Part shown: piece by piece, positions 12,601-24,249 of the stretch
Layout: every line of letters starts with the position of its first letter
Numbering within the stretch: the stretch's first letter is position 1
Source of the DNA: Fonticula alba ATCC 38817
Taxonomy: Eukaryota > Protista > Nucleariida
NCBI GenBank assembly: GCA_000388065.2
Contig: KB932204.1
DNA length: 64,000 bases
Reading direction: 5' to 3' (one strand)
Program-made: the position numbers and the translations under genes
The notes under the pieces: model-generated
Told to the model about the DNA's origin: nothing
What the model saw: only the letters and a program-made list of their open reading frames with translations
The model's database searches: none

Positions 12601-14323
12601 CCTTCCTGTCTGCCTCCCCTGCCTCCCTGCTTCGCTTTCTCTTTTTCTCTTTCCCCCGGGGCGTCTCCTAACACCTGTGAGGGGATGAAATCCCCCCATC
12701 CGCGTCGACCCAGGCCGACCACAAACAGCGCATCATCGAGTATGACCAGGAGATCTGCAATTCGAATCGGGCGAACGTCGAAATCTCGGCCAGGGCGGCC
12801 GATCTCGAGGTGTCAGTCGGCACACTGACCGCCGAGAACGAAACCGTGCGTCAACCCGGCTCTCATCGGCTTGCCGCTCTTTCCTTCTCCCCTCTTCGTC
12901 CTGCTCCTCTACGTGCTTCTCGGATGTCACCGCGCCGCTGTGCGCATCGGAGGTGCTACCACGCGCAGCGCGCCTGACACTGACTCGACTGAACGGTGAC
13001 GCTCGTGTCTGTCTATCCCAATGCGAATGGGTGCCGGTGTCCTTCAGCTTTCGCGCGATTTGGCGAAGGAAAAAACCCGGACCCGATCCTTGCAGGCCGA
13101 GCGTGCCCATTGGCCGGCCCTGGCCGAGTCGCTGGGAGCCCTGGTGCAAACTCTCAATGCGGCTGGCCAGTGCCCCAAGACGTCGGCAACATCCCCGCAG
13201 CAGCAGGCGGCGCCGGCCACCGACACCGACAACCCCGATTCCCCGGTTGCCGCCGGGCCCGGCGGCGAGAGCGACGACGAGGAGGGCAACCGGCCGGCCA
13301 GCCAGGCCACTTTGACCCAGGCCTCCCGGTCGTCTCGTCGTGGACTGCCCACGTCGGCCCTGGTGGCCAAGTCTCGGGACCAGGTCCAGACGCACATCAG
13401 CACCCTGCAGACGGCCCTCGAGGATCGGACCACGGCCCTGGTCCGGTCGGCCGAGACCAACCGTACCCTGGAGCGGCGTGTCTTGGCCCTGGAGGGCGAG
13501 CTGTCGTCGGCTGGGCGGCAGGCCATTGCCGATGAGGCGGCCCTTTCGGCCGCCAAAAGTGAGACAACCCTCCTGCAGGAGCGTCTCGCCGAGATGGAGG
13601 CCCAGTTGGCGAAGGCCCGCAGTGACCTCGAAGCCTCAGCCCAGGCCATGGCCATGGTACGTCACGCCGGCATTCCGGCAGCGGTTCCCCCGACACTGGC
13701 GGCCCTACTTTGCATCTCCGTCTGTTGTGGCTCCCTCCTGCCTCGCCTTTTCTCTTTCTCACCCGGTCGTTGCTGTCGGTCTCCGTCTCTCGCGGATCCC
13801 TCTTTGCACCCTGACTCCCGGGCCTGTTCAACTGCCAGACCATGCAAACCAACCAGGAGCTCACGTCGCAGAACATGGCGCTTCAGGTGGAGGTCGGCCG
13901 GCTGGACGACAAGGTCAAGACGCTGTCCGGCGAGTGGCGCTGCGACACCACGGCCACCGAGTGCGGTCAATGTAAGACCGAGTTCAGCTTCCTCAAGAGC
14001 CGCAAGGTGCGCCGTCGGGGGGGGTGTGCCCAACGGGCAGTGTGTTGGCCTGTGGATGAGATGGCTATGCTTTTTTTTTCGCCCCCTCTTCCTCCTCCGC
14101 TCCGCCCATCTAACTTGAATTTGCCCTCTCTTCCCCTCGGCTGGTCCCCGCGCCCCATCCTGCCCTCCCTCGTACACAGCACCACTGCCGGCGGTGTGGC
14201 GGGATTTTCTGCTCGCGGTGCACCAAGAACAAGGCCAAGTTGCCGGCCTATCCCGGGCCGGAGCGCGTGTGTGACGACTGCTATGATTGCCTCATCAACC
14301 AGCGCAGCCAATTGGCCAACTAG
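9698..14323 (+). CDS. RUN domain + coiled-coil + C-terminal FYVE protein (RUFY/FYCO1-like endosomal effector)
   Basis: RUN-like segments [10 protein letters not shown] and [29 protein letters not shown] are followed by several coiled-coil exons. The FYVE domain is [19 protein letters not shown]|[20 protein letters not shown], with the R(R/K)HHCR motif split by an intron. Stop is TAG 14321-14323. Confidence 0.85.
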
Positions 14324-15961
14324 ATCCCCCCCCCNNNNNNNNNNNNNNNNNNNNNNNNNNNNNNNNNNNNNNNNNNNNNNNNNNNNNNNNNNNNNNNNNN
14401 NNNNNNNNNNNNNNNNNNNNNNNNNNNNNNNNNNNNNNNNNNNNNNNNNNNNNNNNNNNNNNNNNNNNNNNNNNNNNNNNNNNNNNNNNNNNNNNNNNNN
14501 NNNNNNNNNNNNNNNNNNNNNNNNNNNNNNNNNNNNNNNNNNNNNNNNNNNNNNNNNNNNNNNNNNNNNNNNNNNNNNNNNNNNNNNNNNNNNNNNNNNN
14601 NNNNNNNNNNNNNNNNNNNNNNNNCCCCCCCTGCTCTTCCCTCGATGGTGAGACACGAAAGCCCGGCAATCCTGACGCCTCTGGTCAAAGGCACTGGTCC
14701 GTCATGTGTCGATCATCACGTGGCATAATCGTTGGCGATGATGCTGGAATGCGCCCTGGTCTGCTCAATAAGCATGTCGAGTCTCTCACCCTGGCGGGAG
14801 GAAGCGCCCCCCCCGCCCCCCCCCCCCCCCCCACCCACTGGGAACCGGCCCGAAGACCTGGGGACGCCGAGCCGACGCACGCATCCCCAAAGCACAGCAA
14901 CATGTTCCCCTGCACAGGGGCACGTTCATGCTGACGGTGGCTCCGGCGGGCCCCCGACGAGGAAGAAGTTGGCCTGGCAGCGGGCGTGCCCTGCTGCGGG
15001 GCCGGAGGAATTCCCCGCGACTGGAAGGCAAGATGGGAGGCGGGGGGTGAGTCACGACGTCCTCCGCCCGGGGGCCTGGGGAACGGGTGTGCGTGGCCGA
15101 TCTAAGGAGGGTTTGGCGCATTCGGCTCTGGTCGGGGGGCACATTCCTGTGCCGGGGGCGAGGGTTTCCGCCTTCAGGGGCGTCGTGAAAGATGAGTGTG
15201 TCGGGTGGACTCGCGCTCGCTGCCCCCCTCCCCCCCCCCCCCCCCCCACCCCCCACCCCTCGGCCCTTTGTCGGCTTTCGGCTCAGGCCAGCCCCTTCTC
15301 CGCGCTCGGGGCCTCCCCCTCGCCACGCCCCCCCCCCCTGAACAAGGGGCGGCGCTTGTTGTTTTTTTTTGTTGTTGTTGTCCCCTTGTGCCGGATACAA
15401 GGGTCGATGTCCAGCCGGCTTGAGCACGTCCGGAGCGGGGCACCCGTCGCCTCGCCGGGCTTCGGACCGATCGCCGCGGCCAGCATTCTTCGGGCCGGGC
15501 GGGGGTGACTTCTCCGGCCCCTTCGCGCGCGCGCGCGCGCGGAGAGATCCGGCGGCCCCTCGTTGTGCGGGCCAGTTCGGCCCACCGTGCGCGCCTGTCA
15601 GGAGACACTTCGCCGAGCTCGGAGCCTCCCGGGGGCCGGGCGGCTTGAAATTAGGTGGATTATATATTGCCGCATGTATTTTTGTCGGGCGACCACGGCT
15701 CCCCTCACAGACAGCACAAGGGAGGGCGCAGGGGGCCACCATTGTCGCCCGGGCTCTTGCTCCTGCCCGCCCGCCCGCCTGCCCGCCCCACCTGCCGGCC
15801 CCCGGACGATGGAGTATGCGGCTTTCTGCACGAAAGAGGAAAGGCCCCGGCGAGGGGGACCGGGCAAGGCGGCCCGCCGCTCCATTCACCCTCCACCCCG
15901 CGGACATGGTCTTGCTCCGGTCTCTTTGTGTATCTTTGCGTCCCGTCATCAGGGCCTGGCC

Positions 15962-16027
15962 GCGGGCCTCGTCGCGGGCCTCGTCGCGGGCCTCGTCGCG
16001 GGCCTCGTCGCGGGCCGCGTCGCGGGC
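15962..16027. repeat. 12-bp tandem repeat GCGGGCCTCGTC (4 perfect copies plus degenerate copies)
   Basis: gcgggcctcgtc repeated, then gcgggccgcgtc and gcggg, in an intergenic segment between two N-gaps. Confidence 0.9.
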
Positions 16028-16079
16028 TTCACCCTCCAGCGCACGGGAATGGAGGGCGCATTCACTGGCTGGAGATCTT

Positions 16080-16115
<36 letters not shown>

Positions 16116-17221
16116 ACCGTTTGTTGGTGGGGCGGCCCGCCAGCCGGCCGGCCGGCACGGGAATGGGGTCACCATTCCTCCGTCCCCGCCCCCCCCTCGG
16201 GGGAAGGGAAGTGGGCCCCGAACTTTGCAGCTAGCCCACCGCCCCCGAGCGCTTTTCGCCGGGTGCCTTGCGCGCCGGCGTGGACACCACGCTCGTTGCA
16301 GATCCCCAAGCATGCGGCCGGACAAGCACCAGGCGCGCCCGCACGGCCAGACAGAGGGATGCTCTTGGGCCTCGCTCGGGCCCGGCCGCTGGTGCTTCTC
16401 TTGGCCTTTCGCCCCCGCCCCCCCCCGCCTCCGGGACGCACGCCCATGCCCGCTGCTCGGCAGGGCCCACCACCAGGCGACCGGGGACAAGCGAGGGGCG
16501 GACAAAGACCCGAGCCTCGCGCTACCCCCCCCCCCCCCCTGCGCGCCCCCTCTCCCTGCCCCTGGGGTGTGCGCATGCGTGCGCATTTACTGGCAGCCAA
16601 TGTTCCGCGACCCCCAAACCCGAAGTCCCGATGCTGGCGCCACGCCTCCCGGTCCCCTCGACCAAAAAGCCCCCTCCCCTCCAACCCCGCGCCGATCCCC
16701 CCCCCCCGCTACCTGCTTTCTCTCCCCTCCCCCCCTCCCCTCCCTCTTTGCTAGTCTCGCCCCTTCGTTCCNNNNNNNNNNNNNNNNNNNNNNNNNNNNN
16801 NNNNNNNNNNNNNNNNNNNNNNNNNNNNNNNNNNNNNNNNNNNNNNNNNNNNNNNNNNNNNNNNNNNNNNNNNNNNNNNNNNNNNNNNNNNNNNNNNNNN
16901 NNNNNNNNNNNNNNNNNNNNNNNNNNNNNNNNNNNNNNNNNNNNNNNNNNNNNNNNNNNNNNNNNNNNNNNNNNNNNNNNNNNNNNNNNNNNNNNNNNNN
17001 NNNNNNNNNNNNNNNNNNNNNNNNNNNNNNNNNNNNNNNNNNNNNNNNNNNNNNNNNNNNNNNNNNNNNNNNNNNNNNNNNNNNNNNNNNNNNNNNNNNN
17101 NNNNNNNNNNNNNNNNNNNNNNNNNNNNNNNNNNNNNNNNNNNNNNNNNNNNNNNNNNNNNNNNNNNNNNNNNNNNNCCCCCCCCATCTCCCTCCCTTCA
17201 TCGCATCCCGCTCTAGCAACT

Positions 17222-20200
17222 ATGGCCGGCCCCGCGCCCCTGTCGGGGGACACGTCGCCCGCCCTGTCGGCGACCTCCTCCTCCGACGTGGATTCCCTGC
17301 AGGAAGAGATGATTCCCCTGGCGCCGGTTTTCTGTGACGCCTGTTCCTCGGTGCCGGCCTCCTTCATCTTCCAGTGCCGTCCATGTGGGGCGCAGAACTC
17401 CTACTGTGAGAACCCCCACTGCCGGCGAGAGCACTGGCGCAAGCACCTCCAAGATTGCGAGGCGCTCATGGAGCAGGATCAGCTGGCCGAGGATTCGCTC
17501 GTGTCGCGTGTCGGCTCGAACAAGTGGTTCCCGCGGAAGCGCCTTCGTAGCACGGCCAACGTACGCGCGCAAGCCCCCCCCCCTGTGACCGCCTGCCATC
17601 CGCTGTCCGGCCATTCTCCCCCTCCCCCCTCCCCCCGCCCTGCGATTGCCCCTGCCTTTGCTAACTCCCTCCATTCGCCTTCCGCTTCCCCCCTCGCCCC
17701 TTCGGCCGGGAAAACACACGCAGAATGACGATCTCCAGCTGACCAATCTCCCGGTGCTGGACGTGTGTGTCCGTCAGCTGACCGGCATCTCCATGGCCGG
17801 GTGGCTGGCCTTCCCGGGTGACACCTACACTCGCTGGTGCCTGCGCTACTTCGTCCTCTGGGAGGACATCCTCTTCAGCTTCACGCATGAGGGTGGCACC
17901 GCATGCGGAGCCATCTCCCTGCTGGGCTTCCGGGTGTCCACTCCGAGCGCTCGATCGGCGGCCGCCGCGCGGGCTGGCACGCGCGACCGCGCCGGCGGTC
18001 CGGCTGGCGTGTCCTCCGGCCCGCCGCAGCCTTCGCGCGCCATTCTGGCAGCCGCGGCGGCGGCCGCTGCCCAGCACCGCCTGGCAGCGGCCAGCGGTGA
18101 CTCCAGCCTCCCGCAGGTGGTCGCTGTCCCGTCGGCCACGCCGGAGCGTCCCAATGAGGAGGCCCTGCGCCAGACGCGCTTCACCATTTGCGCGTACAAT
18201 CGCGATGGTCGGTGCTTGTACTTCGTGGTCGCCTCGCGCCAGGAGTACTCCCAGTGGAGTAGCGCCTTCTCCCGGGTGACGGCCCTCCACTACGTCAAGT
18301 TGCGGAATGGCACCATCTCCGGTACGCGCGCCGCGATGCCTGTCGTCCGGTGCCCAGACAGGGCTTCTTGCTCCCACGTGCCTCGCTTCCTGCCAGCACC
18401 TTGTTGCTCACCGTCCTTCCCTCCTCCTCCCTCCCCCGGGTATGCCGGATCTTTCTCCTCCTCCCGGCCACAGAGAGCACTCCGAGCTCATTCTCTTCCG
18501 ATCGTGACGATGACGATCGTGCGCCTTCCCTCTCCATCCCCCTCCGTCTCTGATATGCCCCCGCTTCGCCGCACTCTCCTCGCTCTTTCTTCCCGTCGGC
18601 TTCCTGACCAGCAATCCATCTTCGCCCCCCCCCTCCCCTCCCCCCCCCCCTCCAGCCTCCATGCTGCCTCTCGACGATTTCCAGGACCCAGCCGTCCGCA
18701 CACTGCCACTCTTGAATGATCCGGAGTTCCCGACCTTCGGGCACAAGAACTTCTCCGTTCGCTTGACCACCTCCCTGGTCATGGACGCCCTCCTGCCGGC
18801 GGAGTTTGTCACCCCCTGCGAGGAGGAGAAGCAGGCCCTGCTTCGTGCGGCGCAGGATGCCGCCGGGCGGCGCTTCTCCGCCAGCAGCACCGCCAACTCC
18901 AGCCAGCTGAGCCTGCCCTTCTACTCGCGCGAGGCCCTCTATGCTCAAGCCAAGATCATCAAGGAGCGCAATCCGATCAACTCGCAGACCATGCATTCGG
19001 CGTGGCTCACCCTGCCGACGCGCGCCAACGAGGGCGACCCCGAGTCGTCGACCCCCTCCCCGGGGTCCGGTTCATCGAATCGCATCTCTCGGACCTTCCG
19101 GCAGCTGACCAATTCCATGCGCATCCAGCGTGATCAGGTCATGCAGGAGCAACGCGCCAGCGGCTTCACCACCGGCCCCGGCTCCGGGGGTGCTCCCTCC
19201 TCGCTGGGCCCCTCCAGCGGGGCATCCTTCTCGGGCTTTGACTGGGTGTCCTCGGCATCGGGCGGGTCCATCTCGGCGGCCACCGGGCCGACTGGCACCG
19301 GTTCCGGGTCCAACAAGAAGCGCGCTGACATCTTCAGTCTCTTCTCCTTCAGCTCTTCCTCCAAGAGTGCCATCGATCTGGGGTCCGACCCGGGGGCCGG
19401 GTCCGGCACGGCGCCTGGCACCGGTTCCGCCACGTCCCTCGGCACCGGGAGCGATGCCGGCTCGCCGCTCCTCGGGTCGGCGTCACCTCCGCCCTCCGGC
19501 GGGTCTGTCGGGTCGCCGGGGCTCGGCGACCGGTCGTCGTCCTTCTCGCGCATCGCCCGCCGGACCATCGGCCGCAAGGGCGGCTCTTCGAAGTCCCTGT
19601 CGAAGGCGGCCACGGCCGAGGCGGCAGCCGCCTCGGAAGCCGCTTCGGTCTCCGCCTCCTCCTCCGCCTCCTCCTCCGCCTCCTCCTCCGACGCTTCCAT
19701 CGAGAAGGCTTCGGCCGGGGGGGGGACGCCGGCAACTTCCGGCTCGGCGGCCTCAGTGGCCGACAGTTCGCCCGACAGTGGCTCGCCGCCTGCCTCCATG
19801 GCCCATCTGTTTGCCGGGCCGATGGATGGCGAGGCGGTCACGCCCCGGCCAGCGGCCACCGGCCGCGCTCCTGCTCCCGATGATGAGGATGACGATGAGG
19901 ATGAGCTGAACACCGTGCCGCTGAAGTCCGACGATTCGACGGTCTCCCCCCGGGCCGGAGGCAGTGGCGCCTCGCCCGGGATGTCCAACGCCGCGATGCA
20001 CATGCGTGGCACGTACGGCCGGCGCCGGGCCTCCGTGGCCCTGACCGCCATGCAAATGGCCCAGGTGTCGAATGCCCTGGCCGCGGCCGAGTCCGGCAAT
20101 GGGGACATCATGCCCTCCTTTGCGGCGGGGCTCTTCTCGCCGCCGAACCCCGGCACGTCGGGTCACGGATCGGTCTCCCTGCGCCAGCGTGGGTCGGTGC

Positions 20201-23091
20201 GGACCTTCTCCGCCTCCTCGCCGAGCCTGCTCGGGGGCGCGTCGCCACCGGCGGCCCCGCTGGTGGCCGCCACGGGACCCGGTGCTCAGGATGACTCGGA
20301 CTCCGACTCTGACACCGATCCCGATCGGCAGTACTTCATCGAGGGCTGGCTGACCCTGGTGTCCGGCGAGTCGTCGGTGCAGCTGCGTGATGAGACCGAG
20401 CCCGGGATCTCGCCCGCGCCGTCGGTCGATTCGATTCTCGGGTTCTACGAGACGCCCAGCTCCGAGGCCGGCTCCTCCGATGCGTCCATGCGCTCCGGCC
20501 CCAGCCGGCGGCTGTGGTTCGTGTGCGATGACTTCTACCTGCATGCCTTCTGCAACCAGCAGTCCATCTCGTCGCTCATGGAGTTGGACCTGGAGCGGTG
20601 TGTGGTGGAGGCCTTGGGCGAGGCCCAGCTCCGGATCGGGGTGCGCCCTGGTGCGCTGGCCGAGCGCCCGGTCGAGGGGGGGGATGGCCCCGGTGGAGCC
20701 GACGATTCCGGCCCCGGCGCGGCGCCGGCATCCCCCGGGACCTCGGATGTTCCGCGGGTGCTGGTGCTGCAGGCGGAATCCGGTGCCAGCCGCGACCAGT
20801 GGCTGCGCGTGATGGACGCCATGCGGGACTACTTCATCGGGTCCGGCTTCAACATCTCACTTGGGGATCTGTCCGCTCCGGCGGCCGAGGGCGATGGTGC
20901 CGAGTCTTCTGGCGCCCCGGCCCCGGTGGCTGGTGGATTGCTGTCGGCCGCCTCGGCCATGAGTTCGGCCATGGGGGACCTGTCGCGCAGTGCGGCGGCC
21001 CCCACAGGGTCCATTGTCGATCGATCCTCCGCGGCCATGGGCGATGGGGCCGCCCTCCAGCCACGCGGATCCATCCGCCGGAGCAAGCCCAAGCCGCCTC
21101 CCATTCAGACCGGCGGAGCGGGCGGGCTTGGGGCGCATTCGCGCTCGACGTCGCGTCCATCCCCGATCGGTCGCAGTGACGCCGGTGGCCCGAGCCACGG
21201 CGGATCGCCCTCCGGCGATGACTTCGACCAGGAGGTCCAGCTCTTTGAGAAGGGCCTCGAGCACTCGACCAGCACCTTGATGACCCCGTTGACGGCCTTC
21301 CCGTCGCACTTCAACCTGCACGACCTGTCCGGGCCGGATTCCAAGCCGCCCGGCCTGCCGGAGCATCTGGCTGGCACCGGGTCCGGAGCCGCTGGCACTG
21401 CCACCCCCGGTGCAGATGCCCCCGCCGGGCCGGTCACCGGGTCTGGCCCTGCCGGGCCAGGTGACGGGCTCTCGGCCTCCACTCCCGGTGCCTCGGGGCC
21501 TGGTGCCGGCATCCCTGCGCCCGGGATCCTGGACGAGGCGACCCTCGACGACCCCTCGCTGCCGCCCTTCACCACCGCGGCCGAAATCAAGCAGGTCACG
21601 GCCATCGGCCTGCGGCGCCGGTGCACCTACCTCTTTGCCCCGGTGCTCGAGGGTGGCCCGACTCTGGGCCAAGCCGAGGACCTCAGTCAGTTTGCCCTCC
21701 GCGCTTCGGGTGGAGTCCGGGCGTCGGTCATTTCGACGCATTCGTCGGCCACGCCGGCGGCCGGCGGGTCGACCACGCCGACGGCGGCCGAGGCCGAGGC
21801 TCGCCTGGCCAAGGCCAGCGAAGACATGGTCATCCAGTACCACCAGGATGAGAATGGCATCGTCGATGAGTACAACATCACGGCCTGCTCCATGGACATG
21901 ATGATTGCCCGGCTGGCGGATGAAAACCACCCGGACACCAATTACATTGACACCCTGCTGCTGACGCATCGCCATGTGATGACCTCCACCCAGTTGATGG
22001 AGCGCCTGTACTGCCGGTTCAATGTGCAGCCGCCGCCGCGCGCGACGCCCGAGCAGCTGGCCTACTGCCAGCAGTGGACCCCGGTCATCCGCGTGCGCAC
22101 GCTGTCGGTCATCAAGCGCTGGATCACCTACTACTGGTCGGACTTCTCGGATCCCGCCACTCGGGCGGTCCTCAGTGACTTCCTGGACCTGACCCAGCAG
22201 TCCGAGGGGCAGATGGCCTCCCTGGGCATGCGCCTGCGCAAGCTGATCGAGAGCCAGGATCTGTCGCAGGCAGCCGAGCGGGAGGCTTTGCGGCGCGAGC
22301 GCCAGGAGCGTGCCCGGTCCCGGGCCGCGGCGGCCGCCTCGCAGCAGCAGCAGAAGCTCAGCCTCCGGCATCTGGCCCCGCGAGAGTTCGCCCGGCAGCT
22401 GACGCTCATCGATTACCAGCGCTTTGCCAGCATTTCGCTGATCGAGTTTGTCACGCGCCTGTGGGACGGTGTCGGTCCGACCAATGAGAATCTCAACACC
22501 ATGATCGAGTGGTTCAATGACATCTCCTTCTTCGTGGTGGAGAGCCTGGTCGAGCAGCCGGTGCTCAAGAAGCGCGCCGAGCTGCTGGAAGCCTTCATCA
22601 AGGTGCTGAAGGAGTTGCTCCGTGTGCGGAACTACAACTCGGCCATGGCCATCATTTCCGGGCTGAACATCGCCTCGGTCCGGCGTCTGCACAAGACCTG
22701 GGCCTTGGTGTCGGCTCGGTCGATGGCGGATTTGGAGCGCTCGGAGAAGCTGATGTCCGCCATGCAAAACTTCCGGACCTACCGCCTGATCCTGGAGGAG
22801 CTGGAGGCCAATCCGGAGCCCTGCGTTCCATTTATGGGGCTCTTCCTTCGGGATCTGACCTTCATCAATGATGGTAATCCCAAGCGCATCAAGAGCCTGA
22901 TTAACATCGGCAAGATGCGCATGCTGGCCCAGCAGATTCTTCGTCTTGGGGTGTTCCAGTCTCAGGACTTCTCCTTCCGGCCGACCGCCGATTCGGAGCA
23001 GATCCGCCAATTCATCTATGGCATCGACCCGTCGCGCGATGAGAACGAGCTCTACAGCCGCTCGCTCCAGTGTGAGCCGCGCGCCACTTGA
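17222..23091 (+). CDS. RasGEF (REM + CDC25) with an N-terminal MYND-like Cys/His finger and two PH-like domains
   Basis: Exons 17222-17560, 17724-18321 and 18656-23091 have consistent phases. Finger: CDACS..QCRPC..YCENPHCRREHWRKHLQDC. PH1: MAGWLAFPGDTYTRWCLRYFVLWEDILFSF. PH2: IEGWLTL..RRLWFVCDDFYLHAF..LQAESGASRDQWLRVM. REM: IDTLLLTHRHVMTSTQLMERLYCRF. CDC25: FARQLTLID, NYNSAMAIISGL, CVPFMGLFLRDLTFINDGNP. Confidence 0.9.
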
Positions 23092-24249
23092 GAGCCCCAC
23101 GTGCTGCGATGGTCCCCCCTCCCCCCTGCGCGCACGCGCGCGTTGTCCCCAGTGGCGGGGGGGGGGGGGGGGGGACGAAGCGCGCCCGTGTGCACGCTCG
23201 CGCCCCTCCTCCTCCTCTCTCCCTCTCCACCTCCCCCCCCCTCCCCTGTCTCTCCCCTGTCATCGTCTGATGGGGCTGTCTGCCGTCTCCTACCTTCGCC
23301 CATTTCCCCATATCCCCTTCCCTGCCCGTGTGTGAATCTCCGGTCTCTGTCCTTGCCTTCTTTCCCCCCTCATCTCCCCTCCTCGATGGGTGTGTGTGCG
23401 TGTGTGTGTGTGTGTGTCCGCGCGTCCATGCCTGTCCTCGGCGCGCATTCACATTCGCACCACACCCTCACCGATGTATGCACATACATCGAAGTGTATT
23501 TATGTGTGAGTGTAAGCATGTATGCGCGTATGTATGCGATTATGTTACACAGTAGAAACATTGCCCCCTCCTACATGCTCCTCCCTCGCCGGATGGCTTT
23601 TTTGTCGCCCGCCCACCCTGCTCATGAATATACGCTCACACTCGTGTGTGGTGATGATTGTGTGATAGTCGGTCCGCGCGCATGGTCTCGTGCATCTGAC
23701 GACACCCGGGGTCGCCTTCGGCCGGTCCCCCGCTCGCCAGCCGCCTCACCGGGCGAAGGCGGGGAACATCTGGATGCGTTTTCAATGCCTGTGTGTGCCT
23801 GTGTGTCTGGGGGGGGGGGGGGGGCAGACGCCAGCGCGTACCCCCACATGAGCCCGACGGTGAGTGCGGGTCTTTCTCGATCAAGTAAGCAACACACCAC
23901 GAGCAATGGCCGGGGGCTGGTGTGTGCGCGTGTGCCGGAGGCCCAAGTGAACGTACTAGTCCACGCCGATCGGGCCTGCCGTGGATCGGGCTAGCACGTG
24001 ACTGGAGTTTTCAGTGGTGCAAAGGCCACCGCCGTCCGGGTCAGCCCGGCGCCGTGTCCACAGACAGCCCTTTTCCCACCCTCTCCTCCCAGCGCCCTTT
24101 CTGTTGTGCCCCGTCTCTTTCCCTTGGACCGCCATTCTCCCCTGGGATTTGTCTGTGAAGAAGGAGACCCCCCCCCCCCCCCACAAGATCCCCCTACCTC
24201 TCCCCCTTTCTCCCTTATTTTCTTTCCCCCTCCCCCCGCCGAGAAAGAA

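Noticed and set aside
15962-16027. Short tandem repeats considered as CRISPR-like arrays (also 26281-26348 and 36982-37250)
   Set aside because: They are head-to-tail repeats without unique spacers, there are no cas genes, and the context is eukaryotic.
20857-23100. 747-aa minus-strand ORF, and similar long antisense ORFs (5696-7702, 24733-26358, 35700-37424, 51156-55508, 52847-54565)
   Set aside because: They lie exactly opposite well-supported genes. Strong GC3 bias on the sense strand suppresses antisense stops, and the translations have no family motifs.
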